This document shows positions 18,571 through 28,165 of a DNA stretch of 64,000 nt, one piece after another. Source of the DNA: an uncultured Gammaproteobacteria bacterium (lineage in GTDB: Bacteria > Patescibacteriota > Microgenomatia > UBA8517); contig CAZOVJ010000002.1 in assembly GCA_964583685.1 (NCBI GenBank), positions 277,862 to 341,861 on the forward strand, given 5' to 3'. The translations under genes and the position numbers were made by a program. Positions within the stretch are counted from its first letter, which is position 1. Every line of letters starts with the position of its first letter. The notes beneath the pieces were generated by a model that saw only the letters and a program-made list of their open reading frames with translations, was not told where the DNA came from and searched no databases.

Positions 18571-20807
18571 CGTTGAGTGCTGGCACCGGGTTCAAAAATT
18601 TGTCCCTCGAGGTTTTCTCCCTTTTCTTTAATTTGAGCAATTTGCTCAAAATTACAAGTTGCTTGAGGCTGATTCTCCTCCAAGAACCACTCTCTTCGAG
18701 TTGGACATCCTTGACAAGAGAGAGTTCCGGTTAATATACAAACTGGAATCTGGACCAGTCCAGCTGGAGCTTTCCAAGGTTGACTTTCTTCTTGGGCCAA
18801 AAGATGACTCATTATTTTATTGAAAATAGGGGCTGCTCCGGTGATGCCTGAGGCAACTCTGGCCATTGGGCTATTATCATTGTTTCCGACCCAAACAGCG
18901 ACCAGATATTTTTGATTGAAGCCAAGAGTGAAATTGTCGCGGAGATTATTGCTTGTTCCTGTTTTTACGGCCACCTCTGGGTGATTGGCTATGACTAGAC
19001 TGGAATTGCTTCCAAAGGCCGGTGTTCGGGCTGCATTGTCTCTGAGAATATCACTGAGCAAGAAAGCCACTCTTGAGTCAATTACTTGTTCTCCTTGGTG
19101 GGGAAGATTGATGGCTTCAAGGGTTTTCCCCTTGTAATTTTTAACTTGGAGGATGGTGGTAAGTTTGAGTCTTTCGCCATAATTGGCAATGGAGGCATAG
19201 ACTTGTGCCAAGTCAATTAGTTTTATTTCGCCGCCACCAAGAGTTAGAGAAAGGCCAAATCTTGCTGGTTCATTCCAGGTTGTTATTCCCATTTTTTGTC
19301 CTAGGTCAATCATTTTGCCTACTCCGTAGGAGGCCAAAACCTTGACAGCTGGAATATTTCTTGATTCAGCCAGTGCGCTTCTTAAAGGAATGGTTCCCCG
19401 ATAATTTCCATCATAGTTTCTCGGTGAATACACTGGCTGGCCTGGAACTGAGAAGCTAACCGGAGAATCAGAAATTAGGCTGGCTGGAGTAAATCCATGA
19501 GAGAGGGCATAGGCATAGTTGATAACTTTGATTGCTGAGCCTGGTTGTCTAAGACTGGTGGTTACATTGACCTTACCATCTATATCATTGGCAAAATAGT
19601 CTTTTGAGCCAACCATAGCCAGAATTTCTCCTGTTGACGGGTTGATAACTAGAACTGCTGCGTTGCTGACCCTGAGTTTTGTTAGTTTGCTTATTTCCTG
19701 GCTAACGATTTTTTCAGCCATTCTTTGGATTCCATAATCAAGAGTAGTAGTAATTTCGAGCCCGCCTTTTTCTAGGGTTTCCTCTCCATATTTTTCTGCT
19801 AGGATTTGTTTTATATACATTACGAAGTGGGGGGCTTTAATATCTATTTTGTTGCTGGCGAACTTTAATTCTTCTGTTTGAGCATTCTCGAACTGTTCTT
19901 TGTTGATGAAGTCATTAATGGACATGAGTTTTAAAACTTCTCTTTGTCGGCTAATGGTCAAGTTTGGCTGATGTCCAAAAGGAGAGAATTTACTTGGGCT
20001 TTTTGGTAAGCCGGCAAGTAGGGCTGCTTCGGCTAGGCTAAGTTTGTCCACATCTTTACCAAAATAAACATGGGCTGCTTCCTGAATTCCATAGGCTGTT
20101 CCTCCGTAAGAGACCTCGTTTAAATACATTTCCAGGATTTGGTCTTTTGTAAAAGCAGATTCAACCATAATAGCTAAAACTATCTCTCGCAGTTTTCTGA
20201 TAATTGTCTTTTCTGGGGAGAGAAGGGCATTTTTTACCAGTTGTTGGGTGATTGTTGAGCCACCAGATAACTGACCTCTGATTGCATTTTTGACTACTGC
20301 TCGGGCAATACCTTTAATAGAAAAACCCGGGTGTGCGTAGAACTCAGCATCTTCAGCCGCAATGGTTGCCAATCTTACCTGGAGAGGAATTTGCTTTAAG
20401 GGAACAAGAGTTCTATTTTGATTTTTGTAAATTTTGTAAAGCAGAGTTCCTTTCCTGTCGTAGATTTTTGTTGATACTTCTAGATTTCGGGTTATCAGTT
20501 CTTGGGGAGAGGGAAGTTTATAAAAAATTGCCAGCAGAAGAGTCAGGTAAAGGAAAGAGGGTATAAGGAAAATTAGAGTAAGTCCTCTTGGTTTAAGCCG
20601 TAAGAAAAGGGGAGCAAGTTTACGCTTGGAGGGTAGTTTAGCAAAAGCTCGGAACAATTGGAATAAATAGGTTATAAAAATTCGGGTAGAGTAGCCTATA
20701 AAATAGACAACTATCAAGATAGTTAAAAAAACATAGGAGAAGAGTATATAGAAGGGTTTGCCAATAAAAATTAATATCCTGGCCAAGAAGCTAGTGCCTG
20801 CCACCAC
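18567..20807 (-). CDS. Class A penicillin-binding protein (PBP1A family)
   Basis: AEDAEF, GGSTITQQL, RKLREI transglycosylase motifs; PGSAIK, SRN, KTGT transpeptidase motifs. Confidence 0.93.
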   Translation of the reverse strand: MVAGTSFLARILIFIGKPFYILFSYVFLTILIVVYFIGYSTRIFITYLFQLFRAFAKLPSKRKLAPLFLRLKPRGLTLIFLIPSFLYLTLLLAIFYKLPSPQELITRNLEVSTKIYDRKGTLLYKIYKNQNRTLVPLKQIPLQVRLATIAAEDAEFYAHPGFSIKGIARAVVKNAIRGQLSGGSTITQQLVKNALLSPEKTIIRKLREIVLAIMVESAFTKDQILEMYLNEVSYGGTAYGIQEAAHVYFGKDVDKLSLAEAALLAGLPKSPSKFSPFGHQPNLTISRQREVLKLMSINDFINKEQFENAQTEELKFASNKIDIKAPHFVMYIKQILAEKYGEETLEKGGLEITTTLDYGIQRMAEKIVSQEISKLTKLRVSNAAVLVINPSTGEILAMVGSKDYFANDIDGKVNVTTSLRQPGSAIKVINYAYALSHGFTPASLISDSPVSFSVPGQPVYSPRNYDGNYRGTIPLRSALAESRNIPAVKVLASYGVGKMIDLGQKMGITTWNEPARFGLSLTLGGGEIKLIDLAQVYASIANYGERLKLTTILQVKNYKGKTLEAINLPHQGEQVIDSRVAFLLSDILRDNAARTPAFGSNSSLVIANHPEVAVKTGTSNNLRDNFTLGFNQKYLVAVWVGNNDNSPMARVASGITGAAPIFNKIMSHLLAQEESQPWKAPAGLVQIPVCILTGTLSCQGCPTRREWFLEENQPQATCNFEQIAQIKEKGENLEGQIFEPGASTQR

Positions 20808-20864
20808 CTATATTTTAGCAATTATGGGACTTTTTTGCTAGAGCAAAAATTCAGGACACACGCG

Positions 20865-23087
20865 TCAGTATCGGAGGGGATAATTTATGGTAACCGACTG
20901 ACTGGGGATAGGACAATCAAGACAGAATACAGCATTTAAAGGGTCATAAACTAGCGGATGATTTTGCATTTCAGTGTTTTCAGGGGCTGTCTTGGTGGTG
21001 GCCAGTTCACCAGTGGTCTTATCAATGAGAATGTCTTCTCTTTGACCATCAGGACCGCTTGGTAGATGATTTTCTAAAAAATACTCAAATCTTAAGGGAC
21101 ATTCGGGATTTTCCTCTGGCCCAGAAGGAAAGAGGCCGGAAGTCCAACAAACATTTTTACCAATGATTCCATCAGGCTTTCTTGGCCAGGCATGACCTTC
21201 ATCGTTTTCGTTATAGAAACCATCCTCGGCCTTATTCAAGGTCTCTCTTATTACCTTGTTCCAAATCGGTGAGGCACCAGAGATTCCGGAAACAGAACCG
21301 GTCATGGGTGTGTTATCGTTATTGCCAACCCAGGTAACAACCAAAACTTGGGCGGTGTAACCTATTGTCCAATTGTCTCGCCGGTCATTGGTCGTACCTG
21401 TTTTGACCGAGACTTCAGGGTGGCCGGCAACATTGAGATAGGAAGATCCCCCAAAGGCAGCGCTTCTGGAATTGTTGTCCAGGAGAATATGGGAAATAAG
21501 AAAGGTTATATCAGGAGTTAAAATCCGGTCTCCTTCCAGATCGTCAATTTTAATCTCTTCTAAAACTTTTCCTTTCCAGTCTTCAACCTTGAGAATAGCA
21601 GTAAGAGGCTGTTTTATTCCTTGATTGGCAAAAACTCCGAAGGCCACTGCCATATCATAAGGTCTGACTTCACCTCCACCTAGAGTCAGTGAGAGACCAT
21701 AATTAGAGGAATCAGTAAAGGTAGTGATACCCATCCTTTGGGCAAATTTTACAAAATTATCGATTCCATTTAAGGCAAGAACTTTTACTGCCGGTAGGTT
21801 ATATGAATTACCCAGAGCAAATCTGGCTTGAGGTGCACCATGAAATTGTCCATCATAATTCCTTGGGCAATAAAGAGGTTGCCCTGAAACAAGAAAGCAG
21901 GTCGGGACATCAATGAGTGTTGTCGAGGGCGTTATTTTTCCGTCTTTGAAAGCTAAAGCGTAATTTATGGGTTTGATTGATGAACCTGGCTGTCTTTTGG
22001 CAAAGATTACATTTACCTTTCCATCCTCATCTTGAGCAAAATAATCCTTGGAACCTATCATGGCTAAAATTTCTCCTGATGCTGGCCTGGTGACAAGTGC
22101 GGCTCCATTTTTAACATTAAAATTTTTAAGCTTGTCAAGTTCAGTCGTAACTGTGTTTTGAGAGAACTCCTGTAAATCTAAGTCCAAGGTTGTTGTTACC
22201 CGCAGCCCGCCTTGTTCAACCTTTTTTTCGCCGTATTTTTCGACCAGTTGCTCTTTGACCCATAAAACAAAATGGGGAGCACTTAGGGGTTGAATCTGAG
22301 CAAATTCGAGTTTTTCCTTTTTTACCTCATCTACTTGTTCTTGGTTAAGATGGCCTTCTTCAAGCATGCGACGTAAAACAGTTTCTTGGCGTCCTTTGGC
22401 CAGTTCTGGATGGGCCCCAAAAGGCGAATAGCGTGTTGGTGCTGCCGGCAGTCCGGCAAGAAGGGATGCTTCGGCCAAACTTAAGTCTTTTGCCGATTTG
22501 TTAAAATAAAGCTCACTAGCGGCCTCAATTCCATAGGCTGTTGAGCCATAAGGAATTTGATTGAAATACATTTCAAGAATTTGCTTTTTTGAATACAGGG
22601 CTTCAACAATCATCGTCAGGACAAATTCTCTGATTTTCCTTCTTATTGTCCGTTCAGGACTCAAAAGTGCATTTTTGACTAATTGTTGGGTGAGGGTAGA
22701 TCCACCCTGAAGTTTTTTCTTAAAAATTGTATTGAAACTGGCTCTGAGTATGCCGGTGAATGAAAAACCAGGGTGTTTGTAAAAATCTTTATCTTCTATG
22801 GCAATGGTTGCATTAATAAGATATTCAGGCAGTTCTTCTAATTTAATAGGGGTTCGTTTTTTTTCTGTATAAATTTCATAGATTAGCTTACCCTTTCTAT
22901 CATAAAGCTTACTGGATACGGGGAAGTTTTTAGAGCCAAGACGGGTTGGAAAGGGAATTCCCCAAAAAAAACAGAAAGCCCCGATAATGAGAAGTAAAAG
23001 AAATGAGCAAATAATAAATTTTCTTTTCTGTCTTTTTTTTATTTCTGTTGTGATATTTTTTTTCACCTCTTGAATTATACCTCGCAT
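20865..23087 (-). CDS. Class A penicillin-binding protein (PBP1A family), paralog
   Basis: IEDKDF, GGSTLTQQL, PGSSIK, SYN, KTGT. Confidence 0.93.
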   Translation of the reverse strand: MRGIIQEVKKNITTEIKKRQKRKFIICSFLLLLIIGAFCFFWGIPFPTRLGSKNFPVSSKLYDRKGKLIYEIYTEKKRTPIKLEELPEYLINATIAIEDKDFYKHPGFSFTGILRASFNTIFKKKLQGGSTLTQQLVKNALLSPERTIRRKIREFVLTMIVEALYSKKQILEMYFNQIPYGSTAYGIEAASELYFNKSAKDLSLAEASLLAGLPAAPTRYSPFGAHPELAKGRQETVLRRMLEEGHLNQEQVDEVKKEKLEFAQIQPLSAPHFVLWVKEQLVEKYGEKKVEQGGLRVTTTLDLDLQEFSQNTVTTELDKLKNFNVKNGAALVTRPASGEILAMIGSKDYFAQDEDGKVNVIFAKRQPGSSIKPINYALAFKDGKITPSTTLIDVPTCFLVSGQPLYCPRNYDGQFHGAPQARFALGNSYNLPAVKVLALNGIDNFVKFAQRMGITTFTDSSNYGLSLTLGGGEVRPYDMAVAFGVFANQGIKQPLTAILKVEDWKGKVLEEIKIDDLEGDRILTPDITFLISHILLDNNSRSAAFGGSSYLNVAGHPEVSVKTGTTNDRRDNWTIGYTAQVLVVTWVGNNDNTPMTGSVSGISGASPIWNKVIRETLNKAEDGFYNENDEGHAWPRKPDGIIGKNVCWTSGLFPSGPEENPECPLRFEYFLENHLPSGPDGQREDILIDKTTGELATTKTAPENTEMQNHPLVYDPLNAVFCLDCPIPSQSVTINYPLRY

Positions 23088-23156
23088 CCTACCCGATATT
23101 AAAGTTGACTCCTTGTCATTGGTGAACGGCTCATTAATTTTTGCTAAGATGGAATA

Positions 23157-23648
23157 ATGATGGAGATTAATCTCAAAGGAAAAGCATGGTGGGATTACCT
23201 AGAAAAAGATCTTCAGGAGCTTTTAGAGGAAGCAGTACTTTTGGCCAATAGGGTAGAGAGTTGGCAAGAGAAGTTTCATGACTATGCCTTTATAGTTTTT
23301 CCGGCAGCCAAGGCATATGAAGGGTTTTTAAAACATCTCTTTTTAGACTTGGGATTGATTAGCAACGAGGATTACTATGGCAAGCGCTTTAGGGTGGGCA
23401 AGGCCTTGAACCCAGCCCTAGAAAAAGATTTAAGAGAAAGAGAAGGAGTTTATGATAAATTGGTTGATCTCTCTAAGGGGAAAGAGCTTCCGGATAAGCT
23501 TTGGCAAACTTGGAAAAAATGTCGCAACTTGCTTTTTCACTGGTTTCCAAGGAAGAAGAATGCTATCACTCTTGCTCAAGCAAAGGAAAGGCTCTTGTTG
23601 ATTATCGAGTCAATTGATGAAGCTTCAGCCTTGACTTTGAATGAGTAA
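23157..23648 (+). CDS. HEPN-domain protein (RnlA/LsoA C-terminal-like)
   Basis: DYAFIVFPAAKAYEGFLK helix and RNLLFH (RxxxxH). Confidence 0.65.
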   Translation: MMEINLKGKAWWDYLEKDLQELLEEAVLLANRVESWQEKFHDYAFIVFPAAKAYEGFLKHLFLDLGLISNEDYYGKRFRVGKALNPALEKDLREREGVYDKLVDLSKGKELPDKLWQTWKKCRNLLFHWFPRKKNAITLAQAKERLLLIIESIDEASALTLNE

Positions 23649-23671
23649 TTAATTATCATAATTACACCTGG

Positions 23672-24310
23672 ATGATTCGAAAGATTGCCTTATTTTCACT
23701 AGCAATAGGTTTTGCTTCGGCGATTCTGTTGATCTCGGTTTTGAGGACTGCCTCGGTCAAGTATGTTTTTAGTCAAGCTCCCGTTGTTCAAATTCCAGGA
23801 GGAGACAAAGAGAAAACAATAGAGATAAATTATCCTCTGGTATATCCTGGTCGGGTTTTGCCTGACAGCTTTCTCTGGCCAATTAAAGTAATCAGGGATA
23901 AAGTCTGGTTAATAATCACTACAAATCCCCTCAAAAAGGCCGAAATATTGCTTCTTTTTGCCGACAAGAGATTAGGTTCAGCTGAACTTCTTCTTAAAAA
24001 AGAGAAATCAGAGCTGGCTGTTTCAACCTTGACCAAGGCGGAGAAGTATTTGGAACAGGCTGTTAACCAAGAGCAAAAAACTCGTAAAAAGGGTATTGAA
24101 ACCGGTCAATTTTTGGAAAGATTGGCTCTAGCTACACTCAAACATAGACAGATAATAGAGGAAAATATTCTCTATCTTTGTCCGGAAGATGCTAAACAGA
24201 TTGTTGTTCAGGTAAATGATTATCCCAAGCGCCTTTTTCAAAAAGTAAAAACCGCTTTGATAGAAGTTGGTAGACCGATTCCTGAGAGTCCGTTTGTTGG
24301 TCAAAATTGA
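23672..24310 (+). CDS. DUF5667-like membrane-anchored helical protein
   Basis: YPGRVLPDSFLWPIK, LFADKRL motifs; N-terminal TM. Confidence 0.7.
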   Translation: MIRKIALFSLAIGFASAILLISVLRTASVKYVFSQAPVVQIPGGDKEKTIEINYPLVYPGRVLPDSFLWPIKVIRDKVWLIITTNPLKKAEILLLFADKRLGSAELLLKKEKSELAVSTLTKAEKYLEQAVNQEQKTRKKGIETGQFLERLALATLKHRQIIEENILYLCPEDAKQIVVQVNDYPKRLFQKVKTALIEVGRPIPESPFVGQN

Positions 24311-24417
24311 TATCTTTTTGTCCTCATAATTTTTTTAAATCCATAAGCCAAGAAAATATTTTTAATCTCGTTTCTTTCATGGATTGACCTTTTTTGAGAT
24401 AGATATTGCCACTTGAC

Positions 24418-24465
24418 TCCATAGATGTAGTGCTAGACTATTAACCCCAGCACTACAAGTAGTGA
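24418..24465 (+). promoter_or_regulatory. Tandem NrdR boxes
   Basis: TCCATAGATGTAGTGC (24418-24433) and GCACTACAAGTAGTGA (24450-24465), 32 bp apart, upstream of nrdR-nrdJ. Confidence 0.75.
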
Positions 24466-24480
24466 TTTTCTTTTTCATTT

Positions 24481-24927
24481 ATGAAATGTCCTTTTTGTGG
24501 AAGTTCTAATACCCAGGTTCTTGAATCAAGAGTTATTGATGATGGCCAGGCGTTAAGAAGAAGAAGGAAATGTCTGGCTTGCCAGAAGAGATTTACTACT
24601 TATGAAAGAGCCAGGAATACTTTACCTTGGGTGGTTAAAAAAGATGGAAGAAGAGAACTTTTTAATAGAGAGAAGATTAAAAAGGGTCTTCTTAGGGCAA
24701 TTGAAAAAAGGCCGGTGTCCTTGGACTTGATAGAAGAGATTACCAGTCAAGTAGAACAGGAGATGCTTAGGCAAGAAAAAGAAGAAATCCCCTCTCGTCT
24801 AATTGGACGGGCGGTTTTAAAAAGATTGAAAAAGATTGATAAAGTCGCCTGGTTGAGATTCGTCAGTGTTTATTTGAAATTTGAAGAATTAGGTGATTTT
24901 AAGCGAGCGATAGAGAAAGGAATCTAA
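24481..24927 (+). CDS. nrdR: Transcriptional repressor NrdR
   Basis: MKCPFC, RRRRKCLAC, RFTTYE, ATP-cone, WLRFVSVY. Confidence 0.97.
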   Translation: MKCPFCGSSNTQVLESRVIDDGQALRRRRKCLACQKRFTTYERARNTLPWVVKKDGRRELFNREKIKKGLLRAIEKRPVSLDLIEEITSQVEQEMLRQEKEEIPSRLIGRAVLKRLKKIDKVAWLRFVSVYLKFEELGDFKRAIEKGI

Positions 24928-27230
24928 TGCCGGAAAAGATTTCCCTTAAGGCAATTAACAACAATAGCTTACAGGGATTAGATGATGGAGAGATTAAAAA
25001 AGTGAGGAAGCGAAATGGAAGGGTTGTGAATTTTGATATTAGCAAAATTATTAGCGCAGTTTATAAGGCGATGCTGGTTACGAGAGAAGGAGCTGAAGAT
25101 GATGCCATAAAAATAGCCAGAAAAGTATATTTGGAGCTTCTTAAAAAAGATTCTCGCCAAAAGGGGTTTGTACCCAAGGTTGAGGGAATCCAAGACCTGG
25201 TAGAGAAACACCTTATCTTTGCTGATTTTGTCCTGACGGCAAAGGCCTACATTCTTTACAGGAGAGAACGAGCGGATTTAAGAGTGGCCAAGATGTCTGT
25301 TTCCAATCAGTTGAGGCAAGAGATAAAAAGGAATAGTAAGTATTTTAGGAACAAGCTGGCGGAATTTATCTATTTTAGAACCTATTCAAGATGGCTGGAA
25401 AACAAAGGACGAAGGGAAAATTGGCAAGAAACAGTTGATCGATATATGGATTTTATGAGAGAAAATCTGGGTAATAAGTTTTTTGCCAAAGAGTACCAGG
25501 AATTAAGAAAGGCAATTTTAAATCAGGAGGTTATACCTTCTATGAGGCTTCTCTGGTCAGCTGGAAAAGCGGCCAGGAAGATAAATGTGACTGCGTATAA
25601 CTGTTCTTTTATCACTCCAACTAAACTTCAGGATTTTGGTGAAATTATGTTCCTTCTCATGTGTGGAGCTGGAGTTGGATTTTCAGTAGAAAGTCAGATT
25701 GTCCAGCAACTTCCACAGATTAAAAAGCAGACAGGAAAGATATTAAAAGCACATGTTGTCAGAGATAGTAAGGAGGGATGGGCAAAGGCATTTGTTAAAG
25801 GACTTCGAGTATGGTTTAGAGGAGAAGATATAGCCTTTGATTACTCCAAGGTTCGGCCCCAGGGTGCCCGGCTTAAAACAATGGGAGGAAAGGCTTCAGG
25901 ACCCGGACCTTTAATGGATTTAATAGATTTTTCCCGGGCAAAGATTTTAAAAAGACAGGGGAAGAGACTGACCAACCTTGGTGTTCATGACATAATTTGC
26001 AAGATAGGAGAAGTTGTCGTTGCCGGAGGGGTTCGTCGAAGTGCCCTGATTTCACTTTCTGATTTGGATGATGAAGAAATGCGTCATGCAAAGGATGGAC
26101 AGTTTTATACTCAAGAGCCGCAAAGAGTTATGGCCAATAATTCTGCCGTCTATGAAGAGAAACCTGATGCGGTTGAGTTTTTGAAAGAATGGACATCACT
26201 TGCCGAAAGCGGTTCAGGAGAACGGGGAATATTCAATCGTGGAAGACTAAGAGGACAACTACCAAAAAGAAGGAAAGAAAAGTTTGAAAAATTTATGGAT
26301 GTATCTGGGGTTAACCCTTGCGGAGAGGTTATCCTGCGTTCAAAACAGTTTTGTAATTTAACTGCTGTAGTTATTCGTCCAGAAGATACTGAAAAGAGCC
26401 TTTTGGAAAAAATAAGGCTAGCCACCATTCTTGGTACCTATCAATCAGTCTTAACTCACTTCCCCTTTTTATCTTCTGAATGGGAGAAGAACTGTAAAGA
26501 AGAGAGGCTTCTGGGTGTTTCTATCACTGGCTACTGGGACAACAAGATAGTTAGGCAAGCCCCTCTACTGGCTAAGATGAGAAAGGAGGCAGTTCGGGTT
26601 AATCGAAAATATAGCCAAAGACTTAAAATAAATCCCTCAACCTGTGTTACTTGTGTTAAACCCTCAGGCAACTCTTCCCAATTGTTGGATACTGCCTCGG
26701 GCATGCATCCTCGGTATGCTAAATATTATGTACGCCGGGTTCGGATTTCAGCCACAGACCCTCTTTACAAAATGCTAAGTGACCAGGGAATTCCCTGTCA
26801 GCTGGAGGTAGGCCAATCGCCTGATTCGGCAACGACTTATGTTTTAGAATTTCCGGCTAAAAGTCCTAAGGATGCAATTTTGAAAGATGATCTTTCTGCC
26901 ATTGAACTTCTTGAGCACTGGAAGCTTCTTAAGGAGAACTTTACTGAGCACAATCCGTCGGTAACCATTTATGTAGGCGAGAATGAGTGGATAAAGGTAG
27001 GCAATTGGGTGTATGAAAATTGGGATAAGATAGGCGGGGTTTCCTTTTTCCCCAAAACCAACCATGTTTACCAACTGGCTCCTTATGAAGAAATAGATGA
27101 AAAAACCTATAAAAAACTTGCCAAGCGAGTAACCAACCTGGATTTTTCAAAACTTCCTCTTTATGAGCAGGGAGATAGTACTCAAGGAGCCAAGGAATAC
27201 GCTTGTCAGGCCGGTGGTTGCGAACTATAA
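24927..27230 (+). CDS. nrdJ: Class II (adenosylcobalamin-dependent) ribonucleotide reductase with N-terminal ATP cone
   Basis: ATP cone (KRNGRVVNFD), YNCSF, GGVRRSA, NPCGE, FCNL, KPSG, C-terminal CQAGGC; no beta subunit nearby; pduO follows. Confidence 0.9.
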   Translation: MPEKISLKAINNNSLQGLDDGEIKKVRKRNGRVVNFDISKIISAVYKAMLVTREGAEDDAIKIARKVYLELLKKDSRQKGFVPKVEGIQDLVEKHLIFADFVLTAKAYILYRRERADLRVAKMSVSNQLRQEIKRNSKYFRNKLAEFIYFRTYSRWLENKGRRENWQETVDRYMDFMRENLGNKFFAKEYQELRKAILNQEVIPSMRLLWSAGKAARKINVTAYNCSFITPTKLQDFGEIMFLLMCGAGVGFSVESQIVQQLPQIKKQTGKILKAHVVRDSKEGWAKAFVKGLRVWFRGEDIAFDYSKVRPQGARLKTMGGKASGPGPLMDLIDFSRAKILKRQGKRLTNLGVHDIICKIGEVVVAGGVRRSALISLSDLDDEEMRHAKDGQFYTQEPQRVMANNSAVYEEKPDAVEFLKEWTSLAESGSGERGIFNRGRLRGQLPKRRKEKFEKFMDVSGVNPCGEVILRSKQFCNLTAVVIRPEDTEKSLLEKIRLATILGTYQSVLTHFPFLSSEWEKNCKEERLLGVSITGYWDNKIVRQAPLLAKMRKEAVRVNRKYSQRLKINPSTCVTCVKPSGNSSQLLDTASGMHPRYAKYYVRRVRISATDPLYKMLSDQGIPCQLEVGQSPDSATTYVLEFPAKSPKDAILKDDLSAIELLEHWKLLKENFTEHNPSVTIYVGENEWIKVGNWVYENWDKIGGVSFFPKTNHVYQLAPYEEIDEKTYKKLAKRVTNLDFSKLPLYEQGDSTQGAKEYACQAGGCEL

Positions 27231-27262
27231 ACCCGGAAAAGTTAATTCTTAAAACTTTATTT

Positions 27263-27808
27263 ATGGCCATTTATACAAAAAGAGGGGATAGGGGTAAGAC
27301 GAGCATTTACCAGTTAAAACGCGAGAAAACAGCCTATGTCAATAAGGATGATACCCGGCTGCAGGTAATTGGTAGTCTTGACGAGGCCAATAGTTTTTTA
27401 GGTTTAGTAACTTCTTTTCTCTCTCAGCAGAAGGATGTTTTTAAACTCCAGAAAATTCAAGGCGACTTGTTTTTAATAGGTTCTATTTTGGCTGGTGTAG
27501 ATGGTCTTCGTTTTCCCAAAACCAAGGTGAAAATGCTTGAAATGGAGATAGACAAACTGGAGGCAGGCTTACCTCGCTTATCTAATTTTATCCTTCCCGG
27601 TGGATCGCCAGCCAGTTCTTTACTCCAAATTAGCAGGGCAATTGTTAGAAGGGTTGAGCGTCGGTTGGTGGGTTTAGATAAAATTGAGCCACTCAGGCCC
27701 CAGATAATTCCCTATATAAATCGCCTGAGCGATTTTCTTTTTATCTTAGCCAGAAAGATAAATAAGGACTTGGGAATAAAAGAAAAGATTTGGCCAGGTA
27801 GAAAGTGA
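27263..27808 (+). CDS. pduO: PduO-type cob(I)alamin adenosyltransferase
   Basis: MAIYTKRGDRGKT, GSLDEANS, FILPGG, RRVERR, NRLSDFLF. Start placed at ATG 27263. Confidence 0.92.
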   Translation: MAIYTKRGDRGKTSIYQLKREKTAYVNKDDTRLQVIGSLDEANSFLGLVTSFLSQQKDVFKLQKIQGDLFLIGSILAGVDGLRFPKTKVKMLEMEIDKLEAGLPRLSNFILPGGSPASSLLQISRAIVRRVERRLVGLDKIEPLRPQIIPYINRLSDFLFILARKINKDLGIKEKIWPGRK

Positions 27809-27823
27809 TACAATAATTATGTT

Positions 27824-28156
27824 ATGGCTGTATCACCAGAGAGAGAGCTGCCTCAACCTCCCGAAGGAGTTAAAGAAATACCCGAGACTCTTCCCCAGCG
27901 CCTTGAGAAGGGAGGAGGAGTCAGGGTAAGACCGAGCCAAATCACTGCCCAGGTGCATGATAAAAGGGGTCAGCCGTTAACTCAATCTCAGGCAACAAGA
28001 ATAATAAGCATTCAGCTTCCATCAGATAAAACCAGCCTTATCTCTTGGGCCAAGGGGCCGGTTACAGAATCTCTTACCTGGTTTGCCAATTTCTGGCTAA
28101 GGATTCTCAAAAAGGCAGTTCATTTTAAATGGAAAGTTGTAAACAAGCAGCAGTAA
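27824..28156 (+). CDS. Hypothetical protein
   Basis: 110-aa ORF with an upstream -10 box, directly before the ATPase gene. Confidence 0.6.
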   Translation: MAVSPERELPQPPEGVKEIPETLPQRLEKGGGVRVRPSQITAQVHDKRGQPLTQSQATRIISIQLPSDKTSLISWAKGPVTESLTWFANFWLRILKKAVHFKWKVVNKQQ

Positions 28157-28165
28157 TTTAAAGTA

